IMG/VR virus record: IMGVR_UViG_2510065010_000001
Span: 64,001 to 128,000 of that record
Direction: 5' to 3' (one strand)
Source: a virus
Lineage: Duplodnaviria; Caudoviricetes
Length of the DNA stretch: 64,000 nt
Shown: positions 47,448-56,403 of the stretch, in pieces
Numbering within the stretch: the stretch's first letter is position 1
Layout: every line of letters begins with the position of its first letter
Made by a program: the position numbers and the translations under genes
Notes under the pieces: model-generated
Seen by the model: the letters and a program-made list of their open reading frames with translations, nothing else
Databases searched by the model: none
Told to the model about the DNA's origin: nothing

Positions 47448-49276
47448 GGTCTAAAATGAGTTCATTCCGGTCTATCGGAGATATTGAATTAATAGGTTCA
47501 GAGTCAATCGACCTAGACTATGACAGGTTGATACTTTGGGATGCATCTGCGTCTGTTAATAAAACTAAAGCAATTGTTCCCAGGTCTTTAGTAAACATAC
47601 TTAACAACAGTGGAGTTACTTCAGTTAATAACTTAAGTGGCACAGTAGTTTTGACTCCGAATATTATTGGTGCCGCAAACTTAGTCCACACTCATACTGC
47701 CAGTCAACTACCACAACTTGTCGGGGCAACCTCTACGGTAGCAGGTTCATCTGGATTAGTACCTCCACCAGCAATTGGAGATAATTCTAAGTTTCTATCA
47801 GGTGATGGTACTTGGAAAAGTATCTCAACTGGTTATACGAACCAAGATGCAATTGCAGCAGTTGGCTCAGCTTGGCAGGATACTTCCAGCATTGACTTCA
47901 CTTACAACTCAGGTTTAGGACAACTCAGTGTTGCAGTTGTATTTGGTAATCAAGCTGGTCAAGTTTGTCAAGGTAATGACTCTCGATTGTCTGATAATAG
48001 AACACCTATTGACGGTTCTATTACTAACGTTAAAGTTGCAACAAACGCTGCTATTTCTTGGACTAAATTAGACAAAACAGGTAGTGCTATTTCTGATATT
48101 AATGGTTTGCAGAATGCACTTGACCTTAAGATTTCTACGGTAGAGAAAGGAGCTGTTAATGGAGTTGCATCCTTAGATAGCAATGCTAAATTGCCCACTG
48201 AGCAATTACCTGAATCCGTCATCGGTTCCGTTAGTTATAAAGGAGTTTGGGATAGTAGTACAAACACACCTGCTATTCCATCAGCTACTACAACACAAAA
48301 GGGTTGGTACTATGTCGTTTCTAATAACGTAGCTAGTAATCACGGGTACCCTAATGTTCCTACAATCAGTTTTGCTGCAGGCGACTGGATTATTTGTAAC
48401 GGGTCTACTTGGGATAAGCTAGACGCTACTGACCAAGTATTTACCGTCCACGGTAGAACAGGCAATATTATTGCTCAAACAGGAGATTATACAACTGACC
48501 AGGTAACAGAAGGAACTAATAAATACTTTTCCAACACTCTCGCAAGAACAGCCCTGTCGGGCGGAACCGCAATTAGTTATAACTCTTCCACAGGTGTCAT
48601 TGCTGTTAATCCAGATAATTTGATCGTTATTAGCTATGATCAATCTTCAAAGCCTTCTAGCCCAACAGTCGGACAGTATTGGCTAGAACGGACAAGTTTT
48701 GGATTACCTGTCACTCTTTGGCGCTATGTTTTGTTACACGGTACAACTCATGCTTGGGTTACTGAACAAACATATCAAGTTAGTCAGAGAACAAGTCAGA
48801 CTTCAGTTAATGCAAGTGTCGGGACTACTTGGACAAATTTTAGTGGTGTAGACCAAGCGCCATCTACTTATGCGGTGCCTTTAATTTCACAGATTGGCGA
48901 TGGAATAGTGTGTTTAAAAGCTTTCTGGAACTTAAATTTATCCAGAACGTATGCGTCTAACGCCTCTTATTTTCCTATTTTTGGATTAACTTTTACAACG
49001 ATAGGAACGATTAATGATGCTGCAATGGTTACTTTACTAAATTTACAAGGAAACCCAACAAGTGGTTCTTTAATAGATAAAATTTACGAAGTCGATTTAG
49101 ACCCAACAAATACGACATACTCGTGGACTTATTTTAGTAGTGTTAGTAACTATACTATTCCTTCAATACTAAGACCTTACTATAAGTTTAATGCTGGTGG
49201 TGGCTCGGCTGGAGACAACCTTACTGTGTACAAACCATTTATGGGTGTTTTGTATAAAGGTTATAAATCCCCTTAA
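47444..49276 (+). CDS. tail/neck fiber-like protein
   Basis: GVTSVNN, GLVPPP..KFLSGDGTW, GNDSRLSD.RTP, NGVASLD, YKGVWD..N.P and VHGRTG fiber motifs. Confidence 0.8.
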   Translation: MRSKMSSFRSIGDIELIGSESIDLDYDRLILWDASASVNKTKAIVPRSLVNILNNSGVTSVNNLSGTVVLTPNIIGAANLVHTHTASQLPQLVGATSTVAGSSGLVPPPAIGDNSKFLSGDGTWKSISTGYTNQDAIAAVGSAWQDTSSIDFTYNSGLGQLSVAVVFGNQAGQVCQGNDSRLSDNRTPIDGSITNVKVATNAAISWTKLDKTGSAISDINGLQNALDLKISTVEKGAVNGVASLDSNAKLPTEQLPESVIGSVSYKGVWDSSTNTPAIPSATTTQKGWYYVVSNNVASNHGYPNVPTISFAAGDWIICNGSTWDKLDATDQVFTVHGRTGNIIAQTGDYTTDQVTEGTNKYFSNTLARTALSGGTAISYNSSTGVIAVNPDNLIVISYDQSSKPSSPTVGQYWLERTSFGLPVTLWRYVLLHGTTHAWVTEQTYQVSQRTSQTSVNASVGTTWTNFSGVDQAPSTYAVPLISQIGDGIVCLKAFWNLNLSRTYASNASYFPIFGLTFTTIGTINDAAMVTLLNLQGNPTSGSLIDKIYEVDLDPTNTTYSWTYFSSVSNYTIPSILRPYYKFNAGGGSAGDNLTVYKPFMGVLYKGYKSP

Positions 49277-49370
49277 AAGTTAATCCCAGATTGAACACCC
49301 TTGCGTTCAAACCTACAGTTACAGTGCTGATTAAAGTGCTCTAAGAATCCCCGCACTATTATTTGGCACT

Positions 49371-52190
49371 ATGACACAAGGTATTAGTATTCCCAGGAAC
49401 GAGTATGCGTTCCCCAATGTAAGTTTTACAGAATCAATTGTTGGTCCAATTCCCTTTGACGCTCAGTGGAGAAACACCATTGGAGTTGCGGGTGTATTCT
49501 CAAGAGGACCGATAGGACCATCTCGGATAACGGGACGAAGCGAATTTGCCTACAACTTTGGTGAAGATGACTCAGCCGGGTCGCTTTTTATCCGACAGGC
49601 AATGTTGCAAGGTGCAACAAACTTCGTTGTTAGTCGAGTGATGCCAAACCCTGCACGGTCTGCCGGGTCTATTCACCTTCAATCTGGTACTAACCCAACT
49701 ACTTCTGAAGCATTTGTTGCTACAGGTAACGCCCGTACCGTTGGGATGAAATTTGAAGCATCTTACGTAGGTAGCCCCCTTATTCGTCCTGGGGTTTACG
49801 TAGGTGCTGCTGTTCGAGTCGATGCTGCACAACCCCTGTTAATTCCAACTTATCAGGGCATTGGCTACTTTGATTTTCGAGTGATTGAAAAAGTGACAAA
49901 CGATGTCACTCCTTCTCCTACAGTTACCGTAAATATTTCAAATGCTGCAACGACATCAACTTTACAGGTTGTAAGTGCTTCTAGTACGGCTGGTACAGCC
50001 ATCTTAAATAATGCCAAACCCGGTAGAGTTCTTAGGGTTGGTACAGGTGGAACAGGAATTACGTTCAGCTCTGGTGCTGGTCAAGCATACTTACAAGTTG
50101 TAAGTTATCCCTTTCAAATTTCTGCTGGCACCTACGGTGTTTTAGTAAAAGGACAAGTCACAGGCATCGCTAATGATGAAGGTCCTATTACGATCGAAGC
50201 GAGTTCTGTCTCAGACCCAACTTATTTTACTGTTGCCTATTCTTATCGCTCAGGAGATGGCAGTGCTCTTCTGTCAAACTTAGCATCTGCAAGAACCTAT
50301 GAAGGCAACGTTGGTACAGCTGACGGATTTCTAAAAGTTTCAGTCAACAATAAAAACTATCAAAATTTGATAGTTTACACAGATACGTCTGGGACATTTG
50401 CGGAAGTAGACACTGGTATTGATATAGCCATCGGAAATCCTGGAGATTCCGGGGCAACAGAACTTGTACCAACCAGCTCGTTCTCTATTCCATTTATGAG
50501 AGGTGTCGCTAGTGTTGGTGAGAATAACACAGCGGCATCTGGATTCCCAAATACTGCATCAGCATTTGCAAGTGGGTTAGCAGCTGTTGAAGTTCTAAAA
50601 CTGTTACAAAGAGCGATCGCAACTAACACCATTTTGGTTTCGATGCTTGATGACATCAGCGTAAACGACTTCAACTTGCCTTACTCCCTCACGTTTACTT
50701 CAAACTTTTTAGGAGAAGAAGCTAATCGAGTCTCCTACAAGCTGACTCGAACTGTCGGATCTGGCACACCAACAGATTTACAGTTTCAAGATACTGGGGA
50801 TAAATACAACACTAGTATTGCGATGACAGGTGGGCGTAATGCGATGACAAACGCTCAACTGTTCCTGTATGACGTTAATGGTAACGCCTTAGTTCGAATT
50901 GACGCTATCTCACCAGGTAAAACTGGAAATAGCATTCGAGTTACAGTTCGACCGATTCCAGCAGGACAGTTTCGAGTAGAGATTGTAGATGAAACTGGGA
51001 TTAACTACAGTGTCCCAATTAATCCTGAATCTTTCCTTCTCAACAATTACTCTGTTGATCCTCAGACAGGTTTATACCCAGAAACGCTTGATTCTAAACT
51101 GATTCGAGCGTATTTCTTACCTGTTGTCAACTCAAATGGCCAAGCTATCAACAGCTCTATCTATGCGTTAACTCCACAAAGACTTGCACCCCCTGTTCAA
51201 TCATTAGCAAATACGTCTGCCACAACTAATCCCTTACATCCTTCTCACAAAGGTGTTGCATACCTGTCTAATATTTACTTAAAGGGTGGCACCGAACCTG
51301 TTGATTATCAAATAAACGACCCTGGCGAAAAAGATTACGTTGACGCTGTTCGTCGGTTAGAGGACGCGGATTGTGCAATTGTTGCTTTAGCTGGTGTATC
51401 TGCGTCAGACGCTCGATATGAGCTAGCAGTAACCGAACTCACAGCTCAAGCTGAAAGGTCTACAACACTTAACGGATTACGAATTGCTGTGATTTCTGCA
51501 CCTGCTCGTGTCTCAGAAGCAAGAGCATCCAGTGTCGCTTCTGGACTTTCGTCAGATCGCGTAGTAATTGTGTCTGGTTACTCGACCTTGGTTGGTGCCA
51601 GATACTTGGGGGTTAATAGCATCCCGCCTATTGGTATTTACACTGGGTTACTCGCAAACATTCCCCCTCATGTTTCACCAGCTTCAATTAGTAACGGTCA
51701 AGCTGCTGCGGGAGTGCTCTCAGTTGATTCTAAAAGTACTCCAGAATTTCTAGATGCTCTGACACGAGCACGGTTAGAAGTGTTGCATTATGACTCTGGG
51801 TTACGCCTATACAAATTCCTCAATGGGATAACCACAAGTAATGACCCACAGCGCAAGTATGTGTCCGTCAGACGTATGACTGACCAAATTATTATGGACA
51901 TGTATCGTAATCTGCAGTGGGTAAGAAGCGCTCCTAATAACCGGAGTTTACGTGCCAGAGTTGCTTCAGCTTGTGATGCTTATCTCCGTTCACTTCAGCG
52001 AGAAGAAAAGATCTACGCTTGGTCACCCACCATTTGCGATGAGTCAAATAACCCGATTCAAGACATTAGTAATGGTCGATTAAATATTCGACTCACGTTT
52101 ACACCTATCTACCCGGCAGATTTTATCCGGGTGAACGTTGTTCGTGATCTTACTACGGAATTCAGCATCAATACTTCTGCTGGCGCTTAA
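49371..52190 (+). CDS. contractile tail sheath protein
   Basis: N-terminal FPNVSFTE..GVFSRGPIG; C-terminal YVSVRR..ICDESNN..GRLNIRL..P.YPADFI. Confidence 0.92.
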   Translation: MTQGISIPRNEYAFPNVSFTESIVGPIPFDAQWRNTIGVAGVFSRGPIGPSRITGRSEFAYNFGEDDSAGSLFIRQAMLQGATNFVVSRVMPNPARSAGSIHLQSGTNPTTSEAFVATGNARTVGMKFEASYVGSPLIRPGVYVGAAVRVDAAQPLLIPTYQGIGYFDFRVIEKVTNDVTPSPTVTVNISNAATTSTLQVVSASSTAGTAILNNAKPGRVLRVGTGGTGITFSSGAGQAYLQVVSYPFQISAGTYGVLVKGQVTGIANDEGPITIEASSVSDPTYFTVAYSYRSGDGSALLSNLASARTYEGNVGTADGFLKVSVNNKNYQNLIVYTDTSGTFAEVDTGIDIAIGNPGDSGATELVPTSSFSIPFMRGVASVGENNTAASGFPNTASAFASGLAAVEVLKLLQRAIATNTILVSMLDDISVNDFNLPYSLTFTSNFLGEEANRVSYKLTRTVGSGTPTDLQFQDTGDKYNTSIAMTGGRNAMTNAQLFLYDVNGNALVRIDAISPGKTGNSIRVTVRPIPAGQFRVEIVDETGINYSVPINPESFLLNNYSVDPQTGLYPETLDSKLIRAYFLPVVNSNGQAINSSIYALTPQRLAPPVQSLANTSATTNPLHPSHKGVAYLSNIYLKGGTEPVDYQINDPGEKDYVDAVRRLEDADCAIVALAGVSASDARYELAVTELTAQAERSTTLNGLRIAVISAPARVSEARASSVASGLSSDRVVIVSGYSTLVGARYLGVNSIPPIGIYTGLLANIPPHVSPASISNGQAAAGVLSVDSKSTPEFLDALTRARLEVLHYDSGLRLYKFLNGITTSNDPQRKYVSVRRMTDQIIMDMYRNLQWVRSAPNNRSLRARVASACDAYLRSLQREEKIYAWSPTICDESNNPIQDISNGRLNIRLTFTPIYPADFIRVNVVRDLTTEFSINTSAGA

Positions 52191-52216
52191 TAAGCCGTTA
52201 ATTTAAGGACTTATCA

Positions 52217-52996
52217 ATGACTTTTAATAATGTAAGAACAGTCACTAGCTCGACTGGAAATCCAGTAAACGCTGTCTACGGTGCAGCAGTCAATAACGCC
52301 ATTCTGGACCCCCTTCAGGGGTATGATGCAGATGTTTGGGTGCTTGACCAAGCCACGGGGCGTTATCTGTTAGTTGGTCGGTTTACCAGTATTCAAATTA
52401 CTGTTCGGAACGCAACAGAACCGTATATGGAATTTAACCAACGGGTGCCTCGGTATCTGGATGGTGAAATTCAAATTGGTTGGGTACTAGAACGAGGAAT
52501 GCTCGACACCAGAATTTTGCAACAGACTTTCGGTATTAGTGCTCTTACTCGTGAGCTTAGACTAAACCGTATGGCGCGATTTCAGATCACGTTTGAGTTA
52601 AACGCTGAAGAGCTTCATAATGTGAACCAATCAACGGATGGCAACCGCAACAGCTTGCCACCAGATTATAATGAGTCGGCTGGGATTATCGGGAACGGAG
52701 AGCTGTTTATTAACAGAGGTCCGAGTGAATGGAACCCCAGACGAAGTGCAAAGGGGCAGCTAATGTTGACCTACTGTAAAGTGGATAGCTTTACACTAGG
52801 AGCAATGGCGGGGAGGTCAGTTATTGCAAATAGGTGGGAAGGCTTAGCGGAAGGAATAGAAGAAGTAAATCGTACTTCTATCTGGGCTGGTATCGCGCTT
52901 AACGCATCTTCTGCAGCTAACAACTTACCTGTTGCCAACAATGCCAACCCAGCAGACGGAGTAAACTTAGGCAGACCATCTGGGGTAATACTCTAG
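52217..52996 (+). CDS. tail tube protein
   Basis: Immediately after the sheath; LDPLQG..VGRFTSI..LERGM. Confidence 0.75.
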   Translation: MTFNNVRTVTSSTGNPVNAVYGAAVNNAILDPLQGYDADVWVLDQATGRYLLVGRFTSIQITVRNATEPYMEFNQRVPRYLDGEIQIGWVLERGMLDTRILQQTFGISALTRELRLNRMARFQITFELNAEELHNVNQSTDGNRNSLPPDYNESAGIIGNGELFINRGPSEWNPRRSAKGQLMLTYCKVDSFTLGAMAGRSVIANRWEGLAEGIEEVNRTSIWAGIALNASSAANNLPVANNANPADGVNLGRPSGVIL

Positions 52997-53002
52997 GTAT
53001 AC

Positions 53003-53035
53003 TCTCTACTTTCCAAACTGTTCGGAAAGTAGAGA
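53003..53035. terminator. hairpin between convergent genes
   Basis: TCTCTACTTTCC/GGAAAGTAGAGA stem. Confidence 0.65.
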
Positions 53036-53044
53036 ATATCTTAG

Positions 53045-53698
53045 TTATGATTCTTTTGTTGTTGGAGACTTTCTAGCTGGTTGTGTAAACGCACGTTCAA
53101 TGTCCCATTTATGCTTGTTGATACGTGTGTTTAGAGTTTGGTATGTCATACCTAATGTTTCAGCCCACTCAGCTAAGCATTTTGTCTCACCTTTATAGGT
53201 GATCAATCTGTTTCTGCTGGTATTACGAGCTTGTTCAGTATAAGTTGCCCACTTACAGTTACCGGGTTCGTAGTCTTTGTTAAAGTCAATTCGTTCAATG
53301 GTTAAATTATCTGGCATTTCTCCCATGTCTTCTTTGAAATTTTCAAAGCTGTTTAACCATCGTTCACAAACTTTTATCCCTCTTCCACCGTAATCTTTAT
53401 AAAACTTGTTGTTTGGATTTGTGCACCTAGCTTTCATGTCTAACCAACATTTATACATTCGACTCTTCTTTCCTCTTGTCTGACCGTGACTAATATTGTG
53501 AGTAGCTAAGATTTCAGCTCTATAACACCCACAACTTTTGGTCTTTCCGTTCTTTAACTCTTTTGCGGCAGTCAGTTTCTCATTACCACAATCACAGATA
53601 CATCTCCACAACGGACGACCGCTTTTGTTTGTACCTTCTCGACTAACAGCTACTAACCTTCCGAACCGTTGACCACTTAAGTTATCTAGTTTTGGCAT
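53045..53698 (-). CDS. HNH-type homing endonuclease inserted in the tail operon
   Basis: GQRFGRL, WRCICDCG, KSCGC, YGGRGIKVCERW, TIERID..YEPGNCKWAT..QARN. Confidence 0.85.
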   Translation of the reverse strand: MPKLDNLSGQRFGRLVAVSREGTNKSGRPLWRCICDCGNEKLTAAKELKNGKTKSCGCYRAEILATHNISHGQTRGKKSRMYKCWLDMKARCTNPNNKFYKDYGGRGIKVCERWLNSFENFKEDMGEMPDNLTIERIDFNKDYEPGNCKWATYTEQARNTSRNRLITYKGETKCLAEWAETLGMTYQTLNTRINKHKWDIERAFTQPARKSPTTKES

Positions 53699-53819
53699 TT
53701 CTCAACACTAATAAAAAAAAACAAAGTATTTAATAAAGGCTTTAGAAATTTCCATTATTGATCGTCTTACACTACCCTCATCCCCTTAAAATAAAATTGT
53801 CCCAACACTGGTTACTCAC

Positions 53820-54326
53820 ATGAATTCCAACTCTCTCGAAATGCTGAAATTTGTCGCTAATCTTGTTGCCTCCGCACTCGCCCTTAACGCTCAACTTCGA
53901 TCTGAAGTTTCGAAGTTGTCAAAGGAATTAGCAGATGCACTGACACGAGTACCAAATGCTGAACAAGAAGTTGAAGCTGCAAAAGTAGCCCAAGCTGAAG
54001 CTGAAGCTAAACAAAAGTTAGCCGAAGAAGCTAAAATATTAGCAGAAGAACGTGCAGCTGCATTTGAACTACAGCTCAAACAATTTGTTGAGGAAGAGCT
54101 TGCAGAAGACGAGGCTCAAGCTGCGACAGAAAGCGCTTTATATAGTGGTCTTTCTTCTCTAGCAACATCGCTAACGCAAGCACTAAATCCCCCTGTAGTA
54201 GAAGAACTTCCTGTAGAGGAACCCGCTGTAGAAACTCCGATTGAAGAACCTGTAGCAGAACTTCCGGTAGAAGAATCTCCTGGTTTGGAAGAAACAGCAG
54301 CAGAAGGCACTACTGTTGTAGAATAG
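53820..54326 (+). CDS. coiled-coil protein with acidic (E/P/V) repeats
   Basis: Ala/Glu-rich helix; ELPVEEP-type repeats. Confidence 0.7.
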   Translation: MNSNSLEMLKFVANLVASALALNAQLRSEVSKLSKELADALTRVPNAEQEVEAAKVAQAEAEAKQKLAEEAKILAEERAAAFELQLKQFVEEELAEDEAQAATESALYSGLSSLATSLTQALNPPVVEELPVEEPAVETPIEEPVAELPVEESPGLEETAAEGTTVVE

Positions 54327-54353
54327 TTTAATCAACATTGGAAAGTCGATAAC

Positions 54354-54383
54354 AAGCCGGGGTTTTAACCCCGGTTTCTTTTT
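54354..54383. terminator. intrinsic terminator
   Basis: GCCGGGGTT-TT-AACCCCGGT followed by a T-rich run. Confidence 0.75.
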
Positions 54384-54645
54384 ATTTAATTTGGTACCAC
54401 CAATTCAAGCCACTCTCTAAGGTTCCGCCAGGAATTTTTTTCATATCTCTAACTCCTTGAATTGCAAACATAAACTGTTTTACGTCTGGAACTTCCTTAC
54501 CAATCTCGTGAAGTTTCTTACATATCTGGTCGTACAGTGTGCTTTCTTCTTTGGTTAAAACTCTGGTAGTACCCGCAACAATTGCGCCGTATTTTCTTTG
54601 ATTACTCATATTGTTCTCCCATGTTTGAAATAATTTCGGGCACAT
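54382..54645 (-). CDS. hypothetical protein (probable start MSNQRK)
   Basis: GGAG SD before the internal ATG. Confidence 0.55.
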   Translation of the reverse strand: MCPKLFQTWENNMSNQRKYGAIVAGTTRVLTKEESTLYDQICKKLHEIGKEVPDVKQFMFAIQGVRDMKKIPGGTLESGLNWWYQIK

Positions 54646-54675
54646 GAACAGTTATTAAAACGTTAACCTACAAGT

Positions 54676-56400
54676 ATGCGACCTGACCTCGGTGACCTTT
54701 GCCACTTTCGTTCCACGTATGTTCCTGTTGCGGCGATTACTGACCTTAACGGGAATATTATTTTTAGCAATGAACAAAAAGACTTAAACGGTAACGCTAA
54801 ATGGTCCGTGTCAGGCATACGAATAATGACCACCCGATTTTGGAGTGCTGCATCTGCGTATGCAATTCTCACTACGGAAGCTTTAAGTCAAGGATTACCA
54901 GAGTACCCGACGAATGCTGCTGGGATTGAACGAGAACTTTGTTTATGGCAAGGATACCTACCAGCTCTCCGCCCAATAGTTCCCCAAGATTTAGGGTCTA
55001 GATTAATAAGACGGTTTGTAGGAGTTGTTGATGTTGTTAAAGCCGTTGGCTCGGCAACAGGCGGTTACACGATTAACATTCAAATGCGCGATCGCATGAA
55101 GTGGTTAATGGATACAGTAGTCACCTATAACCCAACAACTGACAAAGGCGTTGGTTCCAACCCGTTACGTTCCAATATCATTTTGGAAGTAGCTCAGCGT
55201 GGAATTGGGCAGGTTGAAGGAGAGCAGCAAGGTTCTGGATGTGCCGTCTGTGGTAAAAAGATTCTTTGGGACCAAAACTATCTCTACGATTTAGGTGATA
55301 AAGGAAAAGGTAGCTCTCCAAACATATCTTCAGTCCCACCTGCTAACTTGTGGTATCAACCAGGAGGTCCACTTGCTGCTTCTACTCGAACTCAATCTCT
55401 AAAAGTTAATAAAAACCCTTATTTCCGTATTTACACAACTCGCGCCCCTATTAATTTACAACAAGGGACTAACTTTCTTATCTCTCAACAGATTCCGGTT
55501 GACATTCTAAAATTTCTGGCAATGCAAGAAGTTTACCCTACGGAGGTTTTCCAGGATAGTCGAGATGGGAACTTGTATTATGCGCCAAGAGCAAACGACA
55601 CGAGTGGGTTGAAAGACCCCAAGAGGTTTTACAGAACGTACTACTTTAGAGATTACCCACAAACCTACGATATTGGCGGTGGGAATGCAGCACCACCTGA
55701 CCCAAATCAACTACTTATTGCATTTAGCGAAGAGCAATCTTCACTGGGGTTAAAGACAAATTTTTGGGTTCATAAAAATGCACCTACTGCCCAAGGTGCA
55801 TCTGGTGATGAGTGGAGCATTCATCTTAGAGTAAAACCTAAAATTCTTGAAGGGGTGGACTATGCCTGTAAGTTTACTCGTATTTTTGACGATACAATAA
55901 CCACTGCTGAAGAAGCAGCTGTGGTTGCTCTTAACGCAGCTCGGATTATGGGTAAAGAAGTAAGAGCAGCAACAGCAGTGATGCTTGGTGACCCATCTAT
56001 TACACCAGGTGAAGTTATCCAAATCTTAGGATCTCCAATTCAGCCAGGTCGTGGGTTTACAAATGCACTGCAAGACCGACAACAATTTGAGCAGTTTGAT
56101 AAAGCCTATAACGATAACTTGAAAGTTTATGCAGAGCAAGCGATCAAAAATGCTGGCGCAAGTGCTCCTGCTATTCAAGGAGCAGAAGTTACTTTACCTA
56201 TCCACGATGGGTCTAGCGCAAGAATTAAAATCGATGGAAAATCACAGGAAAATCAAGATAGATTAATTTGTGAAGCATCAAGTCAGACAAACGCTGCTTC
56301 AGAGCCTCCTACGATGTGGAGGGTAGAAGCGGTAATTGAAAAATTCAATATATCTGGCAAAGGCTGGACAACTGAAGTAGCTTTAGTTTCACCTTTTTAA
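54676..56400 (+). CDS. baseplate hub protein (gp27/gpD-like)
   Basis: RRFVGVVD..IQMRDRMKWL, DGNLYY, MLGDPSITPGEVIQI, WRVEAVIEKF..GWTTEV. Confidence 0.7.
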   Translation: MRPDLGDLCHFRSTYVPVAAITDLNGNIIFSNEQKDLNGNAKWSVSGIRIMTTRFWSAASAYAILTTEALSQGLPEYPTNAAGIERELCLWQGYLPALRPIVPQDLGSRLIRRFVGVVDVVKAVGSATGGYTINIQMRDRMKWLMDTVVTYNPTTDKGVGSNPLRSNIILEVAQRGIGQVEGEQQGSGCAVCGKKILWDQNYLYDLGDKGKGSSPNISSVPPANLWYQPGGPLAASTRTQSLKVNKNPYFRIYTTRAPINLQQGTNFLISQQIPVDILKFLAMQEVYPTEVFQDSRDGNLYYAPRANDTSGLKDPKRFYRTYYFRDYPQTYDIGGGNAAPPDPNQLLIAFSEEQSSLGLKTNFWVHKNAPTAQGASGDEWSIHLRVKPKILEGVDYACKFTRIFDDTITTAEEAAVVALNAARIMGKEVRAATAVMLGDPSITPGEVIQILGSPIQPGRGFTNALQDRQQFEQFDKAYNDNLKVYAEQAIKNAGASAPAIQGAEVTLPIHDGSSARIKIDGKSQENQDRLICEASSQTNAASEPPTMWRVEAVIEKFNISGKGWTTEVALVSPF

Positions 56401-56403
56401 TAT

